Below, piece by piece: positions 51,236-64,000 of a stretch of 64,000 nucleotides of DNA. How positions within the stretch are numbered: position 1 is the stretch's first letter; the number at the start of each line of letters is the position of its first letter. The position numbers and the translations under genes were made by a program. Below the pieces are notes generated by a model. It was not told the origin of the DNA. It searched no databases and saw only the letters and a program-made list of their open reading frames with translations. The stretch lies in the NCBI RefSeq assembly GCF_018350175.1, contig NC_058368.1, forward strand, positions 85,066,001-85,130,000, read 5' to 3'. Origin of the DNA: Felis catus (lineage: Eukaryota).

Positions 51236-51447
51236 GGGGCGCCTGGGTGGCGCAGTCGGTTAAGCATCCGACTTCAGACAGGTCACGATCTTGTGGTCCG
51301 TGAGTTTGAGCCCCGCGTCGGGCTCTGGGCTGATGGCTCAGAGCCTGGAGCCTGTTTCCGATTCTGTGTCTCCCTCTCTCTCTGCCCCTCCCCCGTTCAT
51401 GCTCTGTCTCTCTCTGTCCCAAAAATAAATAAACGTTGAAAAAAAAA
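51236..51447 (+). mobile_element. Young felid Can-SINE
   Basis: TSD tttaaaatatatgatacat. Confidence 0.95.
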
Positions 51448-51606
51448 TTTAAAATATATGATACATAAATCCAGTTTAACTATGTTGTTATGATTATAAA
51501 TAATAAAATCACATAAAATATCCTTTCTCCATTTATGATACCAATTTCAGCACTCATTCTCTGAAAAAATAAAAATACTCAGGTTTGGAAGTATTCAAAG
51601 ATACTA

Positions 51607-52562
51607 TCAATTTAATCCCATCCCCTTGAGGAAGTTCTGGCCCTTGGCCAAGGTTTTCTTCAGTTAACTTTTCAAGGTTTTTTTTTCTGTATACTGAAGA
51701 TGAAGGAATTCAGGAGAGGTGTCATGACACTAGAGATGATAAAGAGGATCTTGTTGATATGTAAAATGCTCTTCTGGGAAGGGTAGACATGTACAAAAAT
51801 GGAGATCCCATAGCCCATGGAGACCACAGTGAAGTGAGAGGCACAGGTAGCAAAGGCTTTGTGTTGACCTTGACCTGAGGGTATCTTCAGAATGGTGGAG
51901 ATGACATAAACATAGGAGACCACAGTGAGGGAAAGGAAGCTGATGAGCAGGACAAGGGAGCTGAGGAAGCCCAATATTTCAAAGATGGGGACATCAGCAC
52001 AGGTCAAGTAGAGGAGGGGGGCACTGTCACAAAAAAAGTGACCAATTGCATTGATGCCACACTATGGCAGCCCCACCTTTACAGTGGAAAGGATAATGAG
52101 GGAAAAAACATTCACCAGGAGGGGATAACAAGACACATACAATGAGGTGGGCATAATCACCAGGTACTGAAGGGGGTTGCAAATGGCCACATAGCAATCA
52201 TAGGACAAGACTATAAAAAGGATAAACTAAGTGTATCCAGAGAGGAAGTAGAAATAACACTGGGTGAAGCATTCACCAAAGGATATGCTCTTTCTGTCTG
52301 ACAGGAAACCTGCCAGCATCTTGGAAACAGCACCGGTTGTGGTTAGTACTTCAGTGAAAGAGAGATTGCTGAGGAAGAAATATATGGGTGAGTGAAGCCT
52401 GTAATCCACGAGAATCAGGGTAAGGATAAGGGTATTTCCAAGTACTGTCACCAAGTAATACAATTAAAAAAAAATCAGGAACAGAAGGGCACGAGAATTT
52501 CTAGTGGTTGGTATCCCTGTAAGATTGATCTCTGTCACCATGGGCCAGTTCTCCCTCTCTAT
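51607..52562 (-). pseudogene. Near full-length olfactory receptor pseudogene, OR6-like
   Basis: (ATA)ERENWPMVTE; GNTLI; LHSPIYFFLSNLS; stop at 52227; SYDCYVAICNPLQY; HFFCD; KAFATCASHFTVV; PLLNSFIFS; several frameshifts. Confidence 0.93.
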
Positions 52563-53681
52563 GCTGCATGGGAAATCTCTTCCCTTAATTTTGTCAAGGA
52601 AGTGAAAGAAGCAACATGTATTACTACGAAGGACACACTATTCTAAGATATATTAAGTTGAGCATCATTTTATTTCTAGCAAAAATACACATTATTGATA
52701 AATGTGTTGGGCTTTCATTTTCCTTATAATGTACATATAACTCTTATAACATCCCTATTAAATTTAATATTCTTAATAATTAGCATGGATAAAAATCATC
52801 TTCTCTAACACTTTTTTTAAACCTCTACATCCCTATTTAATAACCCAAATGATAAAAAGGCAATGACTACAATTTACTCATATTCTAACTATATATATTT
52901 ATCATTAATAATTTTTGTAAAAATATTTTGATCAATGCAACTAATAAATAGATATTTTTAAACACTTAAATGTATTTAATTGATAACAGATTAAAATGTC
53001 AATTTTGTAACTGATTTTTGCTTTCAGAAAACCTTACTTGCATTAGACATTTGAGATGCTTTCCAGTTTACACAGATTATTTAATGGAGTCAAATATACA
53101 GAATCAAAATTTTTACTCCTATAATATTTAAATTTTATTGTATTTAGTAACTATTATGTGAAGAGGAATTTTATAAATTAAAAATGAGTAAATATCTAAA
53201 GGAAACAAAATAAGTAGGGTATTAACCATTTAAAAGATTTCTTTTTCTAGAACAATTTTTTAAATTAACTAAATATTCATTGACGATGTTTTGGAATGAC
53301 TATACACATGATTGTGGGTGTGTTATTAATAAGCTAAAATGTGTGAAAGTACACTTCTATATTGAAATTCACATTAGAATTGGTCTCATTGTACATAATT
53401 AAAATAAATTGGAACAGTGAAAAAGGAGAAAAACACCAATTCAAATTTTATGGTAATTAAATATTGTTTCCCTTAAATGGAAAAAATTGACAATAACATA
53501 TGATTTTGGTAGGACAAAAAAAAATTAAAGGATATCGTCAAACCAAAAATAATATGGTAAAGTTAAAATTTTGAATCATAAAGTAAATATAGGATCAAGA
53601 AACATTAAAAATTGGCATTTACTATAGAAAGCCAATATGTAAATTGTATTAAAATGTGATTAGATTAAAAAGAAATTTCAA

Positions 53682-53890
53682 GGAGTGCCTGGGTGGCTCA
53701 TTCAGTTAAGTATCTGACTCTCAACATTGGCTCAGATCATGATCTCATGGTCGTGGGATAGTCTCATGTCAGTCAGGCTCTGTGCTGAGCATGGAGCCTA
53801 CTTGGAATTCTCTCCCTCTCTCTCTCTCCCCTCCCCTCTCTCTGTCTTCTCTGCCCTTCCTCCTCCTCACCCCTTACAATAAACATTTTC
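53682..53890 (+). mobile_element. Can-SINE
   Basis: SINE head, CT tract, AATAAA. Confidence 0.87.
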
Positions 53891-53904
53891 TAAAGAACAT
53901 TTAG

Positions 53905-54525
53905 TGAAAGTTTTACTTCTTTCTTTCTGATTTGGATGTCTTTTATTTCTTTATGTTGTCTAATTACTGTGGCTAGGACTTCCAGTACTGTGCTAAATAA
54001 TAGTGGTGAGAATGGACATCCCTGTCTTGTTCCTGACCTTAGAGGAAAATCTCTCAGTGTTCCCCATTGAGGATGATATTAGCTGTGGGGTTCTCATAGA
54101 TGGTCTTTATTGTATTGGGGTATGCTTCCTCTAAACCTACTTTGCTGAGGGTTTTTATCATGAATGGATGTACTGTGTCAAATGCTTTTTCTGAATCTAT
54201 TGAAAGGATCATAAGTTCTTATCCTTTCTTTTATTAATGTGGTGTATTCATATGTATAATTTAAGAATTAAAACAAAGGGAAAAAGAGAGAGAGAAAGGC
54301 AAACCAAGAAGCCCACTCTTAACTATAGAGAACAAACTGATGGCTACCACAGGAGAGGTAAGTAGGGGTATAGGTTAAATAGAGGATTAAGGAGTGCACT
54401 TGCTGTAATGAGCCCTGGGTATTGTATAGAATTGCTGAATCACTATAAGATATATCTGAAAGTAATATTACACTGTATGCTAACTAACTGGACTTTAAAT
54501 TAAAGACTTTAAAGTAATAATAAAA
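53905..54525. mobile_element. L1 fragment with inversion (antisense ORF2 53905-54247, sense 3'UTR after)
   Basis: Orientation switch at ggtgtat|tcatatg. Confidence 0.8.
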
Positions 54526-54576
54526 TATAATTGTACTCATTTTCTAAAAAACACAAAAATGAAACAAATCAAAATC

Positions 54577-54619
<43 letters not shown>

Positions 54620-55399
54620 CTATGTCAGGGAACTTTTAAAATAATAATAAGAAAAGAAGATATCCTAAAACAAGCAGCTGACAAATTAGAAATCAAGAGA
54701 GAGTGAAAAAAAATTTCTAGCACAAAACACAAAGAAGTTAAGTTGATACTGTAGAATAAATAATAAATTTCCACTGAAGATAGAAATATCCATGAATTTA
54801 TATAAAAACTGAGATAGTATCATGATTTTCAAAATAGATTTTGGGAATATAGGAAGTACTGGAAAATAACAAAGGAATACTAAAATAAATTGACATACTG
54901 CCATGCATTTTTATCAACATAATTAAAATTGAACACTATATGAATATAATTTTAATATTAGTATCAAACATGCATAATTAAATTATAGAAATATACCCAA
55001 TGTGCTGACGAGTGTGTGTTAATTGAATAAATACAAAGAAGGAATCTATTCTTTGATTTGGAATCAATATTGCAAATTTTAAATTAATTCTAAAATATGT
55101 TAGTATATGCATTTTAATTTCTATCAATTACCAGCATGACTTTTAATTCTGAAACTGATAAATGTAAATTAAATGCAATCTTACAGAACAGGCAATGCCA
55201 TAAAATATGTAGCCATGATAATATGTTATTACAATACATCAACTTAGATCAAATATTTTAATATATTTGAGAACATTTATATATTTTATTTCATTTACAT
55301 TGAAATTTTAAAAAATAAAAATTTCAACTCAACACAAAATGACAGTCCAGTAGAGCATATTTTGGTATTTGTCAACTGCTTTAATTTAAATATCTTCAT

Positions 55400-55649
55400 A
55401 TTGGATTCTCCCATTTATTATAATATAGTAGCGTTTTTCACCTCTTGTTGCAGTCTTTGTCTTAAAGTCTAGTTTTCTGATACTAGTATTACTACTGTGG
55501 CTTTCTTTTGGCATTCATTGTCAAAATATGATTTTGATCATATTTTATCACACTACAATTAATGTTTCTCCATCCACTCAGTTTCAATCTGCAGATGCCT
55601 TTTGGTCCAAAATGAGGCTCTTGTAGGGAGCAAATAGATGGGTCTTTTT

Positions 55650-55690
<41 letters not shown>

Positions 55691-56975
55691 GTGTGTTTTT
55701 AATCCATTCTGGCAACCTATATCTTTTGATTGGAGCATTTAGTCCGTTTACATTCAAATTAATTACTGATATCTAGGGACATTTTATTACTTGCTTTGTC
55801 ATTCTTTCTGGAGATTTTTCTGATCCTTTCATATATTTGTCATTTTTCTTCTCTGCTTACCACTCAAAAAGTTTCCATTAATCTTTTCTGCAGGGCTGGT
55901 TTAGTGATCACAAACTCCTTTGGTTTTGGTTTGTCTGTGAAACTATTTCTCATTATTTTCTGAATGATAGCCTTGCTGGATAGTTCATTCTTGGCTGCAG
56001 ACTTTTCCCATTCAATACATTGAATATATCATGCCACTCCCTTATGTCTTGCCAAGTGTCTGTTGAGAAATTTCCAGTTAGCCTTCTGGTTTTTTCCTTG
56101 CAAGTTAAGGACTCCTTTTGTCTTCCTTATTTACAATTTTTTTCTTTATCCCTATATTTTGCAAAATTAATTACAATATGTCTTGGTGTTGGCTTGTTTT
56201 TTTTTTGTTGTTGTTGTTTTGTTTTGTTTTTGATGGGCGTTCCCTGTGCCTCCTGGATGTGGATATTTGTTTCCTTCCTCAGATTAAGGAAGCCTTCAAC
56301 TATTATTTCCTAACATAAATTTTCTGTCCATTTTTCTCTCTTCTTCTTCATATGGGACTCCTATAATATGAATATTATCACATTTTATACAGTCACTGAG
56401 TTCCTCAAGTGTATTCTCATGTATTTTTTTCTCTTTTTTGTTCAACTTCATTATTTTTCATTATTTTTCCCTTTATGTCACCAATGAATTCTTCTGCTTC
56501 TTCCAGCCTACTATTCATTTCATCAGTGGTATTTCTAATATCGTTTATTGCATTTTTCCTCTGTTTTTTAAACTCTTTTATCTATGTGATAAGGGTCTTA
56601 CTAATGTCTTTATTCTTTTCTCAAGCTCAGTGAATAACCTTTTGATTTAATTTTTGCTTTAAATTTTCCATCAGGCATGTTACTTATATCTGTGTTGCTC
56701 AAATAGCTGGTTGTTGCCTTACCTTTTTCTTTTGTTTGGGATAAATTTTTGCATCTTGGTATTTTGTCTAGGTCTCTGACTTCTCTGTTAAAAAAGCCTG
56801 TTATGTCTCTTGCTCCTCAGATGTGGCCTCTTGTTTCCCTTTAGTTGTGGAGGTTGTTCTGTCAGTGTTCAGGTTGATTTATGGGGTATTTAGAATGATT
56901 TGATAGTTATCTAGTTGTGTTTGTGGGTCAATACTAGCCTAGGATCCTCTTATCCCACCTTCACCTTCCTCCCAT
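55400..56975 (-). mobile_element. L1 5' part (start of EN, ORF1, internally deleted 5'UTR)
   Basis: ttttgattggagcatttagtcc; gaatatatcatgccactccc; 5' start sequence at 56860-56970 similar to 39050-39160. Confidence 0.83.
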
Positions 56976-57309
56976 ACCTAGTAAATTCTCCTTAGGTTAG
57001 TCAATGGTTGATGGACAGCAGGTAGTAGTAAGCTATATTGTGGTCCAGAAGTCTGTTCTTCAAACTCACACTATCCATAAGGAAAAATTCCAATAGCCAA
57101 AGTGCAAACTCCAACTTCAGCTGTAAAAAGTGCATCCACAGTGCATCACCAAGTCTGCTTGGCAACACCAGGTGGAAGGCAGCGCTCTCACTGTCACTTT
57201 GCAGCTGAGCAAATTGAGTCTTCAGGTGAAGACCAATAAATAGATCAATCCATCATGTGCTCAAGATATGGAAGGGAGAGATTCAAGTCCTCAAGGGTTT
57301 TAATGTCTT

Positions 57310-58575
57310 TGACTAAAGATTTAAATGTAGATTTTAATCTGTAAAAACCTAGAAGAATACACAGGAGAAAAGGTCGATAACATTGGTCTTGCCCAATTAC
57401 ATTATGAATATAATGCCCAAAGCACAGGCAACAAAAGTACAACAAAATAAATGTGACCACAACAAAATATACTGTTTCTGCCTAGCAAAAGAAATAATCT
57501 ATAGATGAATAGTAACCTACAGAATGGAGACAATATTTGTTAAGAGGTTAATAGCTTAAATATATAAGAAAAAGAAAACTCATTAGAAAATAACGGCACA
57601 ATTATAAAATAAGCCAAGATCTGAATAGATATATTTCCAGGAAGAAATTCTAGTGGACTAGTATAGAAAGTTGTGCAACATCATTAGTCATAAAGGAAAT
57701 GTAAATCAAAGTGACAATGAGACCACTATAAGATCTTTTAAAATAGCTTTAATCAAATGGAAAAGACATAAAAAGTGTTGATGTGGAGAATTATATAAAT
57801 TTGTGCAGTCAATATGGAAAACTTTATGGAGCTTTCTCATAGTATTAAAGATATAACTACCATATGATCCATAAATTCCACTTCTTAATATATATCCAAA
57901 GGAAATGAAATTACTATCTCAAAGAGATATTTATAGCAATATATTCGTCGCAGAATCATTCAGAATACCGAGCTTTGAAAATAATCTAAATGACCATCAA
58001 TGGTTATATAGATTCAGATGTACATAAGTATGTGTGAGTGTGTGTGTGTGTGTGTGTGCATGCGTGCATGTGCATATGTATGGCTAAATAACAGCCATAT
58101 ATATATTAATACTCATATATATTTTATGCATTCATAATACTCATATATTTAAATACTAATATATGATATTTACATATAAATATTATTTAGCTATGAAAAA
58201 TGACAGAATCCTTTCACTTGTTACAACATGGATAAACCTGGGAGACATTATGTTAAGGGAAATAAGTGAGAAAGGAAAGAAAAATACTGTATGATATTAC
58301 TTTTATGTGAAATCTAAGAGTTAAAATGATAGAAATAAAAAAATAGAATAACAGTTGCCAGAGACTGGGGGAGAGAAGTGGAGAACTTCTGAGGAAAAGC
58401 TATTTGAAAGATGAATAAATTCTGAGCATCTAATGTACAACCATGGTCATTAAATTAATGTTATATAATTGAAAGATGAAAATAATATAAATCTTAGAGT
58501 TTTCCACTACTAATAAATAGATCAATCAATCAATCAATCTTTGTGAGGTGATGAATGTGTTAACTTGATTGTGGT
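57310..58575 (+). mobile_element. Old L1M 3' fragment
   Basis: ccatatgatccataaattccacttc; acatggataaacctgg. Confidence 0.78.
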
Positions 58576-58579
58576 TTTC

Positions 58580-59980
58580 TGGGTATAATACTCTTTAGAG
58601 AATTGGCAGTATTTTTTTTCTTTCATCACTTTGAATATATCATCAAACGTCCTTCTAGACTGCAAGGTTTCTGATTATTTATTTATTTATTTATTTGCTC
58701 AGTCTTATGGGTGGGGGTTCCCCTGTATGTAACAATTTGATTTTCTCTTTCAAATTATCTTTTTATTTAATTCTTGACATTTTGATTTCTCTTGGTTTAG
58801 GTCTGTCTTTATTCTTATGTCATTTCTCTGGAACTTCCTGGATATGGATATGTATTTCCTTCACAAATTTGAAAGTTTGTGACCATTATTTCTTTAATTA
58901 AGCTTTGTGTTATCTTCTGTCTCTCTTTCCCCCTGTGACTCCCATAATAAATGATATGGGTCAATTTTCCAGTATCCGGTAAGTCCCTTATGATGTCTTC
59001 AAACTCTTTACTGTTCCTTTTTGTTTTTCTTTTTTGTTCCTCTGGGTGATTTCTAGTGACTTATCCTTCAGTTCACGGATTCTTTCTTATATTTTATCTA
59101 GTCTTTCATTGAACCCCTTTATTGAATTTTTGAGTTCAGTTATTCCTTTCCAGTTAGGTGATCCTTGTTGGGTATTTTTAAAACTATTTTCTATCTTCCT
59201 TTTGAAGTACTCCCTTTTGGTAATGTATTTCTGTCCTTATCTTGGTTGCCAGATCCATGACTGTTGTTTAAATTATGTGTTGGGCATATTACTTATCTCA
59301 ACTTAATCAGTGTGAGTTTCTGAAGATGTATCTTATTCTTCTTTTAGGATTATATTTCTGTTTCTTCATTTTCATTGTCTTTGTACTGGCTTCTAAACAT
59401 TAGATAAAGCAGCCACATTTTCTAAATTTGACATGCATAACTTGTATAGGAAATTAATCTCAACAAACACCCCAGTAAGAGATTATGCATGGCTTTGAAA
59501 CCTATGTACTTGTCCTAAATGCTGTCTTTTTTTCTTAGTGGTTCCCGGATGTTGGACTGCACTAAATCCCAGCAATGCCACAAAGGGAGAGAAATTATCT
59601 GCATGCCTAATCAGAATCCTGCAGGATTATAAATTGCCTGTCCCTTTAGCTCCCAGATTGAGATAATTGGAATATTGACCTTTGGGCAGCATCTGGGAAA
59701 ATCTGAATATTAATATAAAGTCTATCCCCTTCCAAGGTGAAATTAAATGCTGTGTTTTTGCCTACTTGCTCTGTGCTGATTTAGGGGGAATAGCCACTGG
59801 GTATTCTTGTGTACCCATTTGAAGTATAATCATCATTCTTTGTGATTCTGGATACTCATTAATTATGATTCCCATTAATATCCAGAGATATATGATAAAG
59901 AAGCCAGTCTCCTGGTTTTCAGCCATGAAAGTTGAGCTGCTAGACGTGTGAACAAATTTCACCTAAGGAGAAGCTGGAGA
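58580..59980 (-). mobile_element. Old L1 ORF1/5' region
   Basis: cactttgaatatatcatc...ctgcaaggtttctg; gactcccataat. Confidence 0.6.
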
Positions 59981-59984
59981 CTTG

Positions 59985-60222
59985 TTTGTTTGTTTGTTTG
60001 TTTGTTTTTGTTTTTAATGTTTTTATTCTTTTTTGAGACACACAGAAGGACAGAACACTAGCAGGGTAAGGGCAGAGAGAGAGGGAGACACAGAATCTGA
60101 AGCAGGCTCCAGGCTCTGAGCTGTCAGCACAGAGCCAGATGCAGGGCTCAAACCCAGAAACCTCGAGATCATGACATGAACTGAAGTCAGACGCTTAACT
60201 GACTGAGCCACCCAGGCACCCC
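59985..60222 (-). mobile_element. Can-SINE with (TTTG)n tail
   Basis: TSD agacttg. Confidence 0.9.
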
Positions 60223-60267
60223 AAGACTTGCTTTTATTACTGCAGTGAGCTGGGATAAGAAGTGAGT

Positions 60268-60300
<33 letters not shown>

Positions 60301-60692
60301 CTTCTGAAAGACTATTAGTTAATTTACCTGTCAGCTTCCAGATGAAAGCTAATTAGAAACCAGATCTTTACGTAGCAATGAGAACAAATTGTAGAATCCT
60401 ACAATCTGTTCCCAATGTATTTGTGTATTAAATTATCACATTGCATACCTAAAAATTACACATCATGTTATACAACTTAAAACTTTATAATTTTTATTTG
60501 TTAATCATACCTCAATAAACCTGGAGATAAAATAAATTTTAAAGAACTTCAAATATAAAAAATGAATAAGAACCATTTCTCTTTAAGAGCTCTGAGATCT
60601 GATTCACTAAATTTGAGGGTTGGAATCATTTTACACTGTGGGAGCTAGTTTGCAGATATCAACCAATACTTCTTGGTATTTAAAATCTAAAT

Positions 60693-60970
60693 AGGGTTGT
60701 CTGGGTGGCTCAGGCAGTTAAGTGTCTAATCCTTGATTTAGACTCAGGTCATGAAATCACAGTTTGTGACTTCAAGCCCTGCATCAGACTCTGTGCTAAC
60801 AGTGGAGAGCCTGCTTGAGATTCTCTCTCCTTCTCTTTCTTTTCTTACCCTGCTCACACTTACTGTCTCTCAAAAATAAATAAACATAAAATAAAATAAA
60901 GTAAACTAATAAAATAAAATAATTCAATTAAGTTAAACTAAACTAAATTAAATAAGATACAACAAAATAA
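60693..60970 (+). mobile_element. Can-SINE
   Basis: SINE head and long A-rich tail. Confidence 0.85.
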
Positions 60971-60994
60971 ATTCTGTATAGTCCCCTACCTCAT

Positions 60995-61465
60995 TGTACC
61001 AGTTAGTGTATGTTATCAATATAATGAGATAGATATCATGGTATATATCTTTTAAAGTTATAGAAGACTGTGGAATTCATTTTGTACTCTCTCTGTCTCC
61101 TTCTTATTTAGACCACTCACTTGAAAAGTCAGCTGCCATGTTGTGACCAGTCCTATTGACATACCCACGTGCCTAGGAACTGAGACCAATAAGCAACACC
61201 AGCAAGGAACAAAGTACAGTAATCAATCATTCAGATTAATTTTGTAGTAGATCCTCCACCACAAGTCAAGCCTTCAGATGAACACTGACCTGCCTAACCT
61301 GTTTATTGAAACCTCAGGACCTGTTGATTGGAACCTTGATCCAATAGCACTCAAGCAAACTGCTTCCAGCTTCCTAATCTGCAGAAATGTGTGCACTTGT
61401 ATGTTTTGTGTTTTGTGCTAAGGTTTGGAATAATCTGTTATACAGTAATATATGCTGAATGCATA
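60995..61465. mobile_element. MaLR LTR (MLT1-like)
   Basis: cagctgccatgttgtga...ccacgtg...ggaactgag; aagccttcagatga; ctaaggtttggaataatctgttatacag. Confidence 0.7.
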
Positions 61466-62146
61466 AAAATAAAATAGATCACCAAAAATAAGAGTACAAA
61501 TAATGAGTGTAAGATGGCAAAACTAAGTAAATATTGAATTAGTTTCAAAATAAATTACATATAAAATGACTTAAACGACATTTATAAAGATGGATATGTT
61601 TAAATAAGCTTTAGATGCAGGGGAGAGAAGAAAACACATAAATGTAGAAAAGAATTTGAACAGTGTTACATCAGTAGGAATAAATTCTGTTGCATTTATT
61701 GTAATCATTCTAACTATAGACATTTTAACTGGATTTTCAGTTTATTTCCAGTTTGTCTACAAAGACTATTTTTTGGATGGCTCGGGTGATTTTTAAAATA
61801 TAGATTATATCCTACCATGTAAACTTACATAAGCAAGTTGAATTTGGAGCAGAAAGAATTAGCCCATTTAGTCAGTGTTCCAAGTTTCTAGGCTTTCACA
61901 ATATAGCCAATCTGCTAACAAAAGTAGAGTTTCGATCATCTATCTCATGTTTATCTCCTCGTATCAAATGATTTACAAGCTCTACTGATAAACTTGTGAT
62001 AAACAGATGCTATGATTATGTATAAACAGATGGCATAATTCTCCATATGATAACCAAGGAGACTTGCATTTTGTAAGTCCTCTATATGAATTTTTTTTTC
62101 TTTGATGTAGTTTCTATTCACTCATGTATTTCAAATATAGGAAGGT

Positions 62147-62362
62147 TGGGGTGCCTGGGTAGTTCAGTCAATTAAGCACCCAACTCTGGATTTCAAAGTC
62201 ATGATTTCAAGGTCATGATCTCAAGGTTCCTCACTTCAAGCCCTGCATTGGGCTGTCTGCTGTCAGCACAGAGTCTGCTTTGGATACTCTGTCCTCCTCT
62301 CTCTCTCTCTGCCCCTCCCCTGCTCATGCTCTCTGTCTCTCAAAAAAAAATAAACAAAAAAT
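62147..62362 (+). mobile_element. Can-SINE
   Basis: TSD ggaaggtt. Confidence 0.9.
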
Positions 62363-63459
62363 GGGGAAGGTTTATGTAATTTTCAACCATGTATACTAGA
62401 TACCAACAGCTTTTTTTTTTTTTTTTTGCAGTTGAGTTTTCTAAAATTTGTCCAGGACTATGTCTATCACTTTTCTTGTAAACACCTGTGAGGCCCATTA
62501 TTTAGTCAGGATGCAAAATGCAAAACTCAAATTTATAAAGTCATAGATGAATAGTCAGTTTCATGAACAAAGCCTGTAAAATATTTACCTTTCTTTTATG
62601 TGTTTGAGGTCAATACGCTAAAGACAAAAGAATGGAATTCAAAAGTCACATATACACTCTTATTGTGATTATAAAATTAGCTTTTACTCATTTTGGAAGC
62701 ACCTAATTGTGTTTCATTTCCCTTTTCCTCTCAATCCCCTTTATTCAGCATGGCTGCATAAAAGCTAACAAGGACCCGAGGGATGGGGACCTGATTGTTT
62801 TTAATGTCTGAAAATACAGAGATGTATTACCTGTCCTTAACTATGTATGAAACAAATACAAAATATGCATACTTATATACATATCATCTTATTTCAGTCC
62901 TCTATTCTGCGGAAGATGAGGAAACAGTCAACATGGGTAGTTCAAATATGAGTCAGGGAGATAGATCCTGGGTATCACCAACTCCAGTGAGACCGAGGGC
63001 AGACTCCTTTCATCAATGAAATTTCTGCAGAGACAGGAAAAATCAACACATCAAGACATTTATTAATAATAACTATGAGTGAATCTTAATAAGAAACAGA
63101 TTTTCATTTGTTTCGTGTCCCTTCTCTCTGAAGACTCAAGTTGTCACCATCCCTGCCTTTTATCAACAGCCAAGAAAAACTACAATCTCCAAATGGTAAC
63201 AGGACAAGTCATTTTAAATTTTCTATTTTTCATAAGTGTGAGATTTATTTAAGTTATAGTATTAGTATTATTTATAAGTTTTTCCTGAGAAGAGACTCTT
63301 GCACATGTTCCTGGATTAAAATTATATGACATTGCCATTTCTAGAAATGTTACTACCTGTATTTGTGACTGAATTATGGCACAAAGGAAAACAGTGATTA
63401 CATAATTATTGTGCTGTTGTTTTCAATGTTAAATTGAATTTCTGATAATCAAGACAGCT

Positions 63460-63665
63460 CTAGATTAAAGAGTATAAATCAGAGCCATCCTCTCTTGCTT
63501 TGAGCCCTAGTATCAACAATAACTAATTGCAGATAATTTTCAAATACTACAATCTTTGTAGCACAGTTTTCCATTGCAGAATAGAAATAAAAATAAAAAC
63601 CACATCATATTATTATTTGTGAAAATTAAATTAATCCAAATAAGGAATTTTATAAGTGTAAGAAA
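63460..63665 (+). mobile_element. Degenerate MIR
   Basis: cagttttccattgcagaatagaaataaaaataa...gtgaaaattaaattaat resembles the MIR core. Confidence 0.45.
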
Positions 63666-64000
63666 ACAAATTTACAATAGCTGTATATTTACTATTATAT
63701 CATGAGTATGATTCTCATTTTATTGTGGATAAAATAGTTTCAAAGTACTTCAGTTTTTCTGTTGTTATTATTTATCGTGTTATAACTTTTCCATAAATAA
63801 CGTCGTGCCATTTGGAAGAGCCAAAGAGGTATACAGTGGATATAGAGTGTGTTTTGGAATTACAAAATGGTTTAAATTTATACATATTGAGAGGTGAATA
63901 CAATGGGTATATTTAAAAAATATTTTTATATGTGATTTAAAAGAGACTGGGTAGTGCATTACTTCAAGGCAAAAGATTTTCTTTCTGCCAGAGATGGTTC

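Overview
Mammalian (felid, judged from felid-type Can-SINE sequences) genomic DNA from an olfactory-receptor (OR) cluster, mostly retrotransposon-derived. It holds the 3' part of an apparently intact OR gene (2-553, +), two OR pseudogenes (41.9-42.5 kb and 51.6-52.6 kb, -), many LINE-1 copies (some near full length, nested, deleted or twin-primed), more than 20 Can-SINEs, a solo LTR, an MLT1 LTR and a 28S-rRNA-derived retrocopy. The highlight is a complete but decayed 8.26-kb class I (gamma-like) endogenous retrovirus (4908-13167). It has 298-bp LTRs, an ATTT target-site duplication and a tRNA-Glu primer site. Its gag-pol resembles HERV-E/ERI, while its env closely resembles HERV-W/syncytin-1 and carries a degenerate ASCT2-binding SDGGG motif. 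It sits inside a SINE, which sits at a twice-hit site inside an L1. TE boundaries not defined by TSDs are approximate, and family names come from recall, not database searches.
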